37,836 bases of DNA, taken from positions 1 to 37,836 of the forward strand of contig CAZJVM010000022.1 in assembly GCA_964549305.1 (NCBI GenBank), given 5' to 3'. Below the pieces are notes generated by a model. That model saw only the letters and a program-made list of their open reading frames with translations. It searched no databases and had not been told where the DNA came from. The translations under genes were made by a program, and so were the position numbers. Every line of letters starts with the position of its first letter. Position 1 is the stretch's first letter. Positions 1 through 9,575 of this stretch are shown piece by piece. This stretch comes from an uncultured bacterium. Lineage in GTDB: Bacteria; Schekmanbacteria; GWA2-38-11; J061.

Positions 1-52
1 TCTCCAATTCAAAATTCTTAATAAGCTTTTCTAACTTGCTTCTTGTCTCCAT
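1..52 (-). CDS. N-terminal fragment of an unknown protein running off the left edge (METRSKLEKLIKNFELE...)
   Basis: CAT at 50-52 opens a stop-free minus-strand frame to the window edge; TAAGG lies upstream on the minus strand, followed by an AT-rich intergenic region. Confidence 0.45.
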   Translation of the reverse strand, partial: METRSKLEKLIKNFELE

Positions 53-485
53 TCTTTTAACCTTAAATTATTTTATTAATATTAATTTGCTTATTTTTAA
101 ACAATTCATATTCAAAAACAAGCGTTTAAAATGAAATAATTTTTACCTTACAAATATGAGGATATTCTACCAGAAAGTAAGGGACAGCAGTATGTCAGGA
201 GTGAAAAATCTTAAAGCAATATTTTCGGAAAAGTAATTTTGATAAATATAAAAGAAAATGTCCTAATATTATTCTTTTGTTAAGAAAAATAATTCTACAG
301 GTATTGCCGGCAGAAATTGTTGAAAAACAAAATCTTATAAGAATTAATAACTTGTTTCTTAAATAAATTCTCTTCCGGATTGCCCGGTAAGCACCGTGCA
401 ATGACTACCTGATAAAAGATATAAATACCACTCTTCGAAATACTTACTCTTGCACAACCGGTTGTTTTTCTTTTATGATAAAAAA

Positions 486-1820
486 ATGCAAACATATTTT
501 CAGGAACTTTTAGGCACTATAAACTCCTATGTGTGGGGATTGCCGCTTATTCTCCTCCTCCTCGGCACAGGACTTTATCTTACCGTAATTCTTAAAGGAA
601 TTCAGTTTCGCAAACTTTATTACTCCCTTTATCTTGCCTTAATTAAAAGAAAAGAAGACGGTGATGCAGAAGGCGACATCACACACTTTCAGGCATTGAT
701 GACTGCTCTTGCCGCAACAGTGGGCACAGGGAATATTGCGGGAGTGGCAACTGCGATTGCAATAGGCGGACCGGGCGCCCTCTTCTGGATGTGGGTTACG
801 GGGCTTGTTGGAATGGCAACAAAATACACTGAGGCCATTCTCGGAGTAAAATACCGCGTAAAGGATAAGCTCGGCACAATGAGCGGCGGTCCGATGTATT
901 ACATTTCAAAAGGATTGGGGCTTAAATGGCTCGGCGCCGCGTTCGCTTTCCTTGCGGCGATGTCCGCTTTCGGCACCGGTAATATGGTGCAGTCAAACTC
1001 CGTTGCACAGGCAATGAAATCAGTATTTCACATCCCGTCGTTATACACAGGGATAGTTCTCGCTCTGCTCACCGCTCTTGTTGTCCTTAAAGGAATTAAA
1101 AGCATAGGACAGGCAACATCATTTCTTGTTCCTGTGATGATTGTATTTTATATGGCGGCGGCGTCCCTGATTCTCATACTTAATTACAAAGCAATTCCCG
1201 AAATATTAAGTCTTATATTCACTCAAGCCTTTAACCCCACGGCGGCAACTGGAGGATTTGCAGGAGCAACCGTATATGCCACAATGAGGATAGGAGTGGC
1301 GCGCGGAATATTTTCAAACGAGTCCGGGCTTGGAAGCTCACCGATTGCGGCGGCGGCGGCACAGACGAAAAATCCGATGACACAGGCGCTTGTTTCCATG
1401 ACGCAGACATTTATAGACACCATCGTAGTCTGTTCATTTACCGGCTTTGCCATTCTTTCAACAGGACTTTGGAAAAGCGGGAAAACCGGTGCGGAACTTA
1501 CATCACTTGCCTTTGAATATAATCTTTCAGGCATAGGCGATGTGATTGTAGCCATAGGCCTTATAACCTTTGCTTACTCAACAATCCTCGGATGGTGCTA
1601 CTACGGAGAGAAATCAATCGAATATCTTCTTGGCGAGCGTTCTGTATATCCATACAGGGTTCTATTCTGTATTTTCACTGCCCTCGGCGCGGTTCTTGAG
1701 CTCAACACCGTATGGGCGGTATCTGACATAATGAACGGTATGATGGCGTTTCCCAACCTCATCGGGCTTTTAGGACTCGGGATGATTGCAAAACGGGAAA
1801 CAGATACGTCAGATTTGTAG
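486..1820 (+). CDS. Sodium:alanine/glycine symporter (AGCS family)
   Basis: Motifs [47 protein letters not shown] and TFIDT, with many TM segments. ATG 486 preferred over TTG 450. Confidence 0.93.
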   Translation: MQTYFQELLGTINSYVWGLPLILLLLGTGLYLTVILKGIQFRKLYYSLYLALIKRKEDGDAEGDITHFQALMTALAATVGTGNIAGVATAIAIGGPGALFWMWVTGLVGMATKYTEAILGVKYRVKDKLGTMSGGPMYYISKGLGLKWLGAAFAFLAAMSAFGTGNMVQSNSVAQAMKSVFHIPSLYTGIVLALLTALVVLKGIKSIGQATSFLVPVMIVFYMAAASLILILNYKAIPEILSLIFTQAFNPTAATGGFAGATVYATMRIGVARGIFSNESGLGSSPIAAAAAQTKNPMTQALVSMTQTFIDTIVVCSFTGFAILSTGLWKSGKTGAELTSLAFEYNLSGIGDVIVAIGLITFAYSTILGWCYYGEKSIEYLLGERSVYPYRVLFCIFTALGAVLELNTVWAVSDIMNGMMAFPNLIGLLGLGMIAKRETDTSDL

Positions 1821-1848
1821 CCCTGCCGGACAACCCCTTTCCAATAAT

Positions 1849-1881
1849 AAAAAAAGGCAGAGTCTCATTTGAAACTCTGCC
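1849..1881 (-). terminator. Intrinsic terminator downstream of aconitase, possibly bidirectional
   Basis: Minus strand reads GGCAGAGT-loop-ACTCTGCC followed by a T run, between convergent genes. Confidence 0.8.
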
Positions 1882-1906
1882 CTAAAATCAAATAACTCTT
1901 AATAAG

Positions 1907-3838
1907 TTATTTTTTTACATTCTTCTTCGTGTAATTAAGCAGACCGCCTGCAAGAATTATCGCTTTTTGCCTGTCGGTCAGATCGTATGTTGCCTCGAGA
2001 ACCTTCTTTGTCCTGAGGTTTTTCACTTTGAGCGGTTCGTTATTCTTCAGCGCCTTGTGGACATTCTCTATTTTAAGCGCGTCGCCTTCCTTAAAGGCGC
2101 CATAGTCAGCATTCCTGCTGAAGGTGAGAGGGAGAATTCCAAAGTTCACGAGGTTTGCCCTGTGTATTCTCGCAAATGATTTCGTCAGGACAAACTTCAC
2201 TCCGAGATACATAGGCGCAAGCGCCGCGTGCTCACGACTTGACCCCTGTCCGTAATTGCCCCCGCCAATGATAAATCCGCCTTTGTTTTTCTTCGCGCGA
2301 TCTGAAAAATTCGGATCCACAACTTCAAATACGTGCTCCGAGATTTTTGGAATGTTGGACCTTAAAGGCAGAATCTTCGAACCTGCGGGCATAATGTGGT
2401 CAGTGGTAATGTTATCACCTACCTTGAGAAGCACTTTACCTGAAAGCGTATTGGGAAGTGGCTTATTACTTGGAAGCGGCGCAATGTTAGGCCCTCTGAG
2501 CACTTTCACCTTACTTCCGTTTCTAGGCGGTTTGACCAGAAGGTTGTCATTGACAATGAACTTCGAAGGCATTGCCACCTTTGGATATTTTCCCAGTTTG
2601 CGCGGGTCCGCCATTTTTCCCTTCAACGCCGTCGCCACTGCGACTTCAGGGCTTGCAAGATAAACCTGACCGTCCTTCGTACCTGACCGACCGAGGAAGT
2701 TTCTGTTAAATGTCCTCACTGTAATGCCTCCGCTGCAGGGAGACTGACCCATTCCGATACAGGCACCGCAGGCAGATTCAAGGATTCTTGCGCCTGCCGC
2801 AACTATGTCCGCGAGAGCGCCGTTTCTTGAAATCATTTCAAATACCTGCTTCGAACCGGGCGCCACGGCAAAGCTAATATCAGGGCTTACCTTCTTTCCC
2901 TTGAGAAGGCCCGCGACAGTCATAAGGTCTTTATAGGATGAATTTGTACAACTTCCGATGATTACCTGCTGTACGGGCTTTCCCTCTATATCCTTCACCC
3001 TGCATACATTGTCAGGCGAATGGGGCTGCGCGATTAGCGCTTCGAGTTTGTTCAAATCGATTGTTATAACCTCATCGTAATCGCACCCTCTGTCCGCTTT
3101 CAGCTCCTTCCAGTCCTTCGTTCTCCCCTGCGCCTTGAGAAATGCTTTTGTCGTCGCATCACTGGGAAATATCGATGTGGTCGCTCCGAGCTCCGCTCCC
3201 ATATTCGTAATGGTTGAGCGCTCCGGCACTGTAAGCGTTTTAACTCCCGGGCCGCCGTATTCAAAAATCTTTCCTACACCGCCCTTTACTGATACGCGCC
3301 TTAAAACTTCAAGGATGATATCTTTTGCGGAAACTCCGGGGCGAAGCTTGCCCTTCAGCTCCACGAGAACAACTTTCGGCGTCGCGAGATAAAAAGGGCC
3401 TCCTCCCATTGCCACTGCCACATCGAGTCCTCCCGCGCCGATTGCAATCATTCCTATGCCCCCGCCGGTAGGCGTATGACTGTCCGAACCGAGCAATGTC
3501 CTTCCGGGCACTCCGAAGCGTTCTACATTTACCTGATGACAGATTCCGTTTCCGGGTTTTGAAAAATAGATGCCGTATTTTGCCGCAACGGACTGTAGAT
3601 AGCGATGGTCGTCGGCGTTTTCAAATCCCGATTGAAGCGTGTTGTGGTCAATATAGCTTACGGACAGTTTTGTTTTGACTCTCGGTATTCCAAGCGCTTC
3701 AAACTGCAGATACGCCATTGTGCCCGTCGCGTCCTGAGTAAGAGTCTGGTCGATTCTTATGGCAATCTCTTCTCCGGCAACAAGCTTTCCGCTAACAAGA
3801 TGTGATTTTAAAATCTTCTGGGTCAGATTCAAGCTCAC
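1907..3838 (-). CDS. Aconitate hydratase, short (~640 aa) Aquifex-type
   Basis: Motifs QDATGT, GICHQV, DSHT, IGSCTNS, ACGACIGMG, NRNF, TTDHI and GQGSSREHAA; GTG start with GGAGG RBS. Confidence 0.92.
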   Translation of the reverse strand: MSLNLTQKILKSHLVSGKLVAGEEIAIRIDQTLTQDATGTMAYLQFEALGIPRVKTKLSVSYIDHNTLQSGFENADDHRYLQSVAAKYGIYFSKPGNGICHQVNVERFGVPGRTLLGSDSHTPTGGGIGMIAIGAGGLDVAVAMGGGPFYLATPKVVLVELKGKLRPGVSAKDIILEVLRRVSVKGGVGKIFEYGGPGVKTLTVPERSTITNMGAELGATTSIFPSDATTKAFLKAQGRTKDWKELKADRGCDYDEVITIDLNKLEALIAQPHSPDNVCRVKDIEGKPVQQVIIGSCTNSSYKDLMTVAGLLKGKKVSPDISFAVAPGSKQVFEMISRNGALADIVAAGARILESACGACIGMGQSPCSGGITVRTFNRNFLGRSGTKDGQVYLASPEVAVATALKGKMADPRKLGKYPKVAMPSKFIVNDNLLVKPPRNGSKVKVLRGPNIAPLPSNKPLPNTLSGKVLLKVGDNITTDHIMPAGSKILPLRSNIPKISEHVFEVVDPNFSDRAKKNKGGFIIGGGNYGQGSSREHAALAPMYLGVKFVLTKSFARIHRANLVNFGILPLTFSRNADYGAFKEGDALKIENVHKALKNNEPLKVKNLRTKKVLEATYDLTDRQKAIILAGGLLNYTKKNVKK

Positions 3839-4035
3839 TTGAACATCCTCCTTCGGTTAAATTAGCATTCAATATCTTCAAAAAAAGAAAATATTTCGCA
3901 TCCAGATATGTGAAATAATTCACAAAAAAAACTTTTTCTAATTACACGAAAAAAGTTGAAAAGTCTAATTAAAAAAGAGGTTAAGAGGGAAAGATAAACC
4001 CTTTGAGGGATGTTATAAATCAGGCAATACCGCGG

Positions 4036-4893
4036 CTAACCTTTGAAGGTATCGGCAAGGGTAAAAATCATAACGGCTATGCTTACCACAGCGTTTACCG
4101 TGAAGAATGCCTCGTTTATTCTGCTGAAATCATCTTCCTTTACGATGAAATGCTCATAGGCAATGAATATTGCGCACAAACAGACACCGGCAATGAAAAT
4201 TATTCCGAGATTTGCCGAATATGTCAAAAAACAGAGCGCAACAATCATCAATGCGTGGAGAACGCGCGCTGAGACAAGTGATGCCTTTACTCCAAACTTC
4301 ACCGGGAATGAATGGAGTCCTTCTTTTTTGTCAAAATCCAAATCCTGAAGGGAATACAGGATGTCAAAGCCGGCAGTCCATAGAAGCACTGCCGTGCCGA
4401 GAAGTATGGATGTTAAAGAAATTTCTCCCCTTACGGCAACCCACGCGCCCACGGGGGCAACTCCCAGCGCGAGTCCGAGAAAAAAATGTGAAAGAAAGGA
4501 GAAGCGCTTCGTAAATGAGTAAAAGGAAATTATAAGTATCGCCACAGGAGAAAGAACGAAGGCAAGACGGTTTATGTTGTAAGCCGATAATTCGAATATC
4601 AAAAGAGCGCCTGCCGCATAGGCAAACATCCTCTTCCTGCTTAATCGTCCCGCGGGAATTGCCCTGTTTTTCGTCCTTTCGTTTCTGCTGTCATAATCGG
4701 CGTCAATGATTCTGTTAAAAGCCATCGCCCAGCTTCTTGCGCCAAACATTGCAAGAATAACCCAGAAAAAAAGCCCAGGTCCGGGGAAGGAATCCGCGGC
4801 TATAACCATTGATGTTATCGCGAAGGGAAGAGCAAAAACGGTGTGCTCTATTTTTATGTCTTTTAAAAAATCAGTTAATCCGCTCTTTGCCAT
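4036..4893 (-). CDS. UbiA-family polyprenyltransferase, futalosine-pathway (MqnP-like) subtype
   Basis: Motifs IKIEHTVFALPFA, AMAFNRIIDADYD..N.RT..R.IPAG, YSFTKRF and GFDILYSLQD..FD; 1-bp overlap with the methyltransferase gene. Confidence 0.88.
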   Translation of the reverse strand: MAKSGLTDFLKDIKIEHTVFALPFAITSMVIAADSFPGPGLFFWVILAMFGARSWAMAFNRIIDADYDSRNERTKNRAIPAGRLSRKRMFAYAAGALLIFELSAYNINRLAFVLSPVAILIISFYSFTKRFSFLSHFFLGLALGVAPVGAWVAVRGEISLTSILLGTAVLLWTAGFDILYSLQDLDFDKKEGLHSFPVKFGVKASLVSARVLHALMIVALCFLTYSANLGIIFIAGVCLCAIFIAYEHFIVKEDDFSRINEAFFTVNAVVSIAVMIFTLADTFKG

Positions 4894-5588
4894 TATTTTT
4901 TTACACCCGTATGAAGCGTCGCGATACCCATTGAAAGGTCATTATATTCAACTTCTTCAAATCCCGCGGAGATAAGTTTTTCGCTCATTTCACCGCGCGT
5001 GACAAACCCTTCCACTGAGTCGCGGAGATAGGAGTAGGCGGAAGCGTCGCCTGAAACTATTCTCCCTATTGCCGGTAGTATGAAGCGCAGATAGGGCAGA
5101 AAAAGATATGACAGGAAAACTCCCTCGGGTTTGTAGAAATCAAGGACTACCGCCCTGCCTCCTTTTCTGATTACACGGGACATCTCGGACAAAGCGTCAT
5201 CGAGCGCGGGAATATTCCGCAATCCGAAAGCAACAGTGACGGAATCGAAAATATCCCCCTTAAAGGGAAGCTTGAGGGAGTCAGCGGAAAATATCTCGAT
5301 TTCATCGAGAATTTTATTTCCTTTGATTTTTCTTTTCCCCTCGACAAGCATTTCAGGACAAAAATCCGAGGAAACAACAACCGCTGACTCATTCTGTCTC
5401 TTTATCTCTATTGAAAGGTCAAGCGTGCCCGCGCACATATCGAGTACCCTATTTCCCGCGGAAAGCGCCGTGCGCGCGGATTTTTCCCTCCACCCTCTGT
5501 CAAGCCCGAAACTTAAAAGATGGTTCAGAAGGTCGTATCGCCCCGTTATGGAGGCAAACATCTTTTTTACGAATTTGGGATTTGCCAT
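4893..5588 (-). CDS. menG: Demethylmenaquinone methyltransferase (UbiE/MenG family)
   Basis: Motifs MFASI...YDLLNHLLSFGLD..WR, VLDMCAGTLD, AFGLRN and AYSYLRDS; ATG 5588 has an AAGGA RBS (ORF track extends to 5615). Confidence 0.88.
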   Translation of the reverse strand: MANPKFVKKMFASITGRYDLLNHLLSFGLDRGWREKSARTALSAGNRVLDMCAGTLDLSIEIKRQNESAVVVSSDFCPEMLVEGKRKIKGNKILDEIEIFSADSLKLPFKGDIFDSVTVAFGLRNIPALDDALSEMSRVIRKGGRAVVLDFYKPEGVFLSYLFLPYLRFILPAIGRIVSGDASAYSYLRDSVEGFVTRGEMSEKLISAGFEEVEYNDLSMGIATLHTGVKK

Positions 5589-5829
5589 TGATATTTCCTT
5601 AATTACAGTGCGCATTTAACACAAATAAACTCTCAAATCTATATTCAACTGCCCGCTTATTTGTTTTGCTTTTTCGAAAATTCTTTCGCGCTTTCTTCAA
5701 AGTATTTAAATTGACTAAAAAAAACATCTGCATTAAAATGCCCGTAAAAGCAAAATCTGAATTGTTTAAAACCATTTCCAATTAAGCATTGTTGCGAAAT
5801 TAAAGAGAACGCTGAAAAGGAGACCTCAA

Positions 5830-7023
5830 ATGGAACTAAGTGACAGAGCAAATGGACTTAAACCCTCACCTACTCTTTCGATAACAGCCCTTGCAAACAA
5901 ACTGAAATCAGAAGGAAAGGATGTAATAGGATTCGGCGCGGGACAACCCGATTTTGACACGCCCGACAATATTAAAAATGCCGCGAAAAAAGCCATAGAC
6001 GACGGATTCACGAAGTACACGCCTTCCGCGGGAATAAACGAGCTTAAGGACGCTATTATAGAAAAATTCAAAACGGAAAACGGTCTTGAGTATAAAAGAA
6101 CGGAAATTACCGTATCATCGGGAGCGAAGGATTTTCTTTTCAATCTCGCAATGGTGCTTCTGAATCCCGGAGATGAAGTGATTATTCCGTCGCCTTACTG
6201 GGTTTCATATCCCGACCAGGTGGAGATTGCGGGAGGAAAACCCGTAATAGTTGAAACGCGCGAAGAAGACGGATTCTGCCTTAAAGCCGGCGCGCTGAGG
6301 GAAAAGATTACAGACAGGACAAAAGCGCTCATTCTCAACTCCCCGTCAAACCCCACAGGCGGAGCATATGATATAAAAAATCTCGAAGAGATCGCGGAAG
6401 TCATCCTTGAAAAGGATATACTCGTCATAACGGATGAAATCTACGAACGCCTTGTTTATGACGGATACAAACACACGAGCATCGCTTCCCTTTCAAATGA
6501 AATAAAGAAGAACTCGATTGTCGTTAACGGCGTATCAAAAACATATTCGATGACAGGCTGGAGAATCGGATATGCCGCGGGGGATGAGAAAATAATGTCC
6601 GCAATCGGAAAGCTTCAGAGCCAATCAATATCGAACCCGGTTTCAATCTCTCAGATGGCAAGTGTCGAGGCAATTACGGGCGACCAGTCGGCAGTTGAGA
6701 AAATGAGATTAGCCTTCGATGAGAGGAGAAAATTCATAATTTCAAAACTCAACTCGATCGAGGGAGTGAAATGCTTCAACCCGAAAGGCGCATTCTATTC
6801 ATTTCCTAATTTTTCCGGAATCTACGGAAAATCCTTTGAAGGGAAAGCAATAAATTCTTCAAATGACCTCTCAGAGCTTTTGCTTGGCAACTCGAATGTG
6901 GCAGTTGTCCCCGGTTCCGCATTCGGGAGCGACAGCAATATCAGAATATCCTATGCCACAAGCATGGAGATGATCGAGAAAGGATTGAAACGGATAGAGG
7001 ATTTTGTTTCCGAATTAAAATAA
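5830..7023 (+). CDS. aspC: Aspartate aminotransferase (class I/II, PLP-dependent)
   Basis: Motifs G.PDFDTP, TKYT, NSPSNPTG, DEIYE, SKTYSMTGWRIG (PLP lysine) and RISYA; AAGGAG RBS. Confidence 0.92.
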   Translation: MELSDRANGLKPSPTLSITALANKLKSEGKDVIGFGAGQPDFDTPDNIKNAAKKAIDDGFTKYTPSAGINELKDAIIEKFKTENGLEYKRTEITVSSGAKDFLFNLAMVLLNPGDEVIIPSPYWVSYPDQVEIAGGKPVIVETREEDGFCLKAGALREKITDRTKALILNSPSNPTGGAYDIKNLEEIAEVILEKDILVITDEIYERLVYDGYKHTSIASLSNEIKKNSIVVNGVSKTYSMTGWRIGYAAGDEKIMSAIGKLQSQSISNPVSISQMASVEAITGDQSAVEKMRLAFDERRKFIISKLNSIEGVKCFNPKGAFYSFPNFSGIYGKSFEGKAINSSNDLSELLLGNSNVAVVPGSAFGSDSNIRISYATSMEMIEKGLKRIEDFVSELK

Positions 7024-7034
7024 GGGGAGCAAAA

Positions 7035-7436
7035 ATGGAAAACGACGGGGAGCGCCCTTCTGTGCTTGTTATAGAAGACAATGATGTCTTTCAGTCGTTT
7101 CTGCACAGATTTCTCATAACCAAAGACATTGAGGTAACACTTGCGTCAAACGGATTGGAAGGACTCGAGGCAATTGAAAAAAAACATTTCGATCTCATAA
7201 TCACCGACCTTAAAATGCCTAAAATGGACGGTATGGAATTTCTGAAAAACCTCAGGCTCTCCAAAAAGGACCACTCCACCGTTATAGTCCTCACGGCATA
7301 CGGAGAAATGGACAATTATGTGCAGGCGTTAAACTGGGATGTATTCGAGTTTCTGCATAAACCCGTTGATATCGATGTGCTTTCCGATATAGTCGGAAAA
7401 GCCATTAAAAAAAACAGAATGCAGAGTAAGGATTAG
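7035..7436 (+). CDS. Single-domain response regulator (receiver only)
   Basis: Motifs VLVIEDN, DLIITDLKMPKMDG (phospho-Asp), LTAYG and KP; GGGGAG RBS; 11 bp after aspC. Confidence 0.88.
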   Translation: MENDGERPSVLVIEDNDVFQSFLHRFLITKDIEVTLASNGLEGLEAIEKKHFDLIITDLKMPKMDGMEFLKNLRLSKKDHSTVIVLTAYGEMDNYVQALNWDVFEFLHKPVDIDVLSDIVGKAIKKNRMQSKD

Positions 7437-7554
7437 AATCTCTCTTATTTTCTTTCGATGTTTTATTAATATTGTATCGAGTGTATCAAGATAATTGCCT
7501 TCACTAAATGAAGCATCAATGATTTTCACTAATTTTGCTTCTTTCCACATTGAT

Positions 7555-8439
7555 TCAAGAGGTCATCCTGAGGAGACTTTCCCACCTTTCGTCTACCATC
7601 TTCTGAATTCCGGCAATCTCCCTTTCCGAGAGATGAGAAAATCGTTTCTGAAGACTGAAGTAATCAGTAACGGGAATTTCCTTTTCAGGATGGCTTACAA
7701 CATATTTCTCTCCGTCAAAAACTTCGTAAAGAGGATGCATCTTTGACCACGTGGCATAACGGGCAATCCTTATGGAATCCTCAGATGACGACCTCCATCC
7801 CGGAGGACAGGGAGAAATTATGTGAAAGAAGCGAAGCCCTTTCATTCCCGAAGCTTTTTTGAACTTGGCATAAAGATCTTCCGGATACGCAATATTGCCC
7901 GTTGCGGCATAGGGAATCCTGTGCGCCGCCATAATCTGGATAATATCTTTTTTGGGCCTGTCCTTGTAATGGGAACCGGGGGTAGTAGTCGTCCATGCTC
8001 CAAGCGGTGTCGATGAACTTCTCTGTATTCCCGTATTCATATACGCCTCATTATCATAGCAAACATAGATGATATCGTCGTTTCTTTCCGCTGCTCCGGA
8101 AAGTGCCTGAAGCCCGATATCAAAAGTGCCTCCGTCTCCCGCAAGCGCCACCACGTGAATATCTTTTTTATTCTGCGTTTCAAGTGACGCCCTGATGCCC
8201 GACGCAGTTGACGCGGCGGTTTCAAAAGCTGTGTGAATGACGTTCACCTTCAGGGTGGAATAGGGATAAGGCCCCTGAATAACCGACCAACAGCAGGCGG
8301 GAATGACTATTATCGTTTTTTTGCCAAGCGCCTTCAGCAGATATCTTCCAACAATCGGAGCACCGCATCCCTGACAAGCGTAATGCCCCGGATGAAAAAG
8401 CTCTGCCGACGGTATTTTTATTTTTTCAGATCCAGCCAT
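7555..8439 (-). CDS. 2-oxoacid:ferredoxin oxidoreductase beta subunit (TPP-binding, PorB/VorB-like)
   Basis: Motifs ACQGCG, PACCWS, GDGGTFDIG, YDNEAYMNTGIQRS and SPCPPGW. Confidence 0.9.
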   Translation of the reverse strand: MAGSEKIKIPSAELFHPGHYACQGCGAPIVGRYLLKALGKKTIIVIPACCWSVIQGPYPYSTLKVNVIHTAFETAASTASGIRASLETQNKKDIHVVALAGDGGTFDIGLQALSGAAERNDDIIYVCYDNEAYMNTGIQRSSSTPLGAWTTTTPGSHYKDRPKKDIIQIMAAHRIPYAATGNIAYPEDLYAKFKKASGMKGLRFFHIISPCPPGWRSSSEDSIRIARYATWSKMHPLYEVFDGEKYVVSHPEKEIPVTDYFSLQKRFSHLSEREIAGIQKMVDERWESLLRMTS

Positions 8440-9575
8440 ATCTCATCACCTGTTTTAATTTTTCTGTTGGAAAGCATTGTATCAACAGCTTCATTCAGCA
8501 CTCCCATATGCACATCCCTTCCGCCGAGTCCCACGACGAATGGATAGATGACGGGCATATCTCCGTTGCCCGTAATATTCGCTCTCAATGTCTGCGCGAA
8601 AACTCCGCCGTTTCCCGGTGAGTAATTGCGGTCGATTACTCCAACTTTCTTTTTGCCTTTCAATGCCTTCATAATGTCATCGCGGGGAAAAGGGTTGAAG
8701 AGCCTGAGTTTTATCAGTCCCGCCTTTATCCCCTTCTCCCTGTAATTGTCCACAACCATACGCGCGGTACTTGTAACGGTGCTCGAAGTTATAAGACTTA
8801 TCTCGGCATCGTCGTTTCTGTATTCCTCAAGCGTCGCGTAAGCTCTGCCAAATTTTTTTCCGAATTCAGCTCCGCATTTATTAACGATTCCGGGCACTGT
8901 ATCCATTGACTCCTTAATCATATGCCTGAACTCCATATAATGCTCGGGATATACAATGCTGTTGAAGGCACCGGGATTTTTCACGTCGATTTTAAATCTC
9001 GGCTTTAATTTACCGAGGAAACGGTCAACATCCGGCTGTGAGGGTATATCAACTGCTTCATTGGTGTGAGAAAGATAAAAGCCGTCGAATACTACCATAA
9101 AGGGCAGATTTACCTTTTCCGCAATCCAGTATGCCTGAAGCATTGAATCAAGCACTTCCTGATTGCTTTCGCAGTAAAGCTGAATCCATCCCGTATCCCG
9201 CTGGGAAAGTGAATCCGTTTGGTCTGTCCAGATGCTCCACGGCGGGCTTACCGCCCTGTTGACATTTGTCATAACAAGAGGCACTCTCGACCCTGCCGCC
9301 CAGTGAAGCATTTCGTGCATCAACAGAAGACCCTGCGACGAAGTTGCCGTAAAAACCCTCGAGCCCGCAAGCGCCGCACCGATACAGCACGCCATAGCGG
9401 AATGTTCGGATTCCACCTTTAGGAATTGGGCGTTAATTTCGCCTCCGGCACACATTTCGGAAATAAGCTCCACAACCTGTGACTGCGGAGTAATGGGGTA
9501 TGCCGCGACAACGGAAACGCGGGAAAGTTTCACGCCTATTGAAACGGCATGATTTGCCATCAGCACCTTTTTCAA
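8418..9575 (-). CDS. 2-oxoacid:ferredoxin oxidoreductase alpha subunit (PorA-like)
   Basis: Motifs AYPITPQ, VESEHSA, TATSSQGL, NRAVSPPWSIWTDQ and GLGGRD; TTG start with GAGGAGG RBS overlapping the upstream gene. Confidence 0.9.
   Translation of the reverse strand: MKKVLMANHAVSIGVKLSRVSVVAAYPITPQSQVVELISEMCAGGEINAQFLKVESEHSAMACCIGAALAGSRVFTATSSQGLLLMHEMLHWAAGSRVPLVMTNVNRAVSPPWSIWTDQTDSLSQRDTGWIQLYCESNQEVLDSMLQAYWIAEKVNLPFMVVFDGFYLSHTNEAVDIPSQPDVDRFLGKLKPRFKIDVKNPGAFNSIVYPEHYMEFRHMIKESMDTVPGIVNKCGAEFGKKFGRAYATLEEYRNDDAEISLITSSTVTSTARMVVDNYREKGIKAGLIKLRLFNPFPRDDIMKALKGKKKVGVIDRNYSPGNGGVFAQTLRANITGNGDMPVIYPFVVGLGGRDVHMGVLNEAVDTMLSNRKIKTGDEIWLDLKK

Noticed and set aside
53-485. Glycine riboswitch upstream of the AGCS symporter
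   Set aside because: The expected GGAGA...CCGAAG...CTCTCAGG aptamer motifs are not present.
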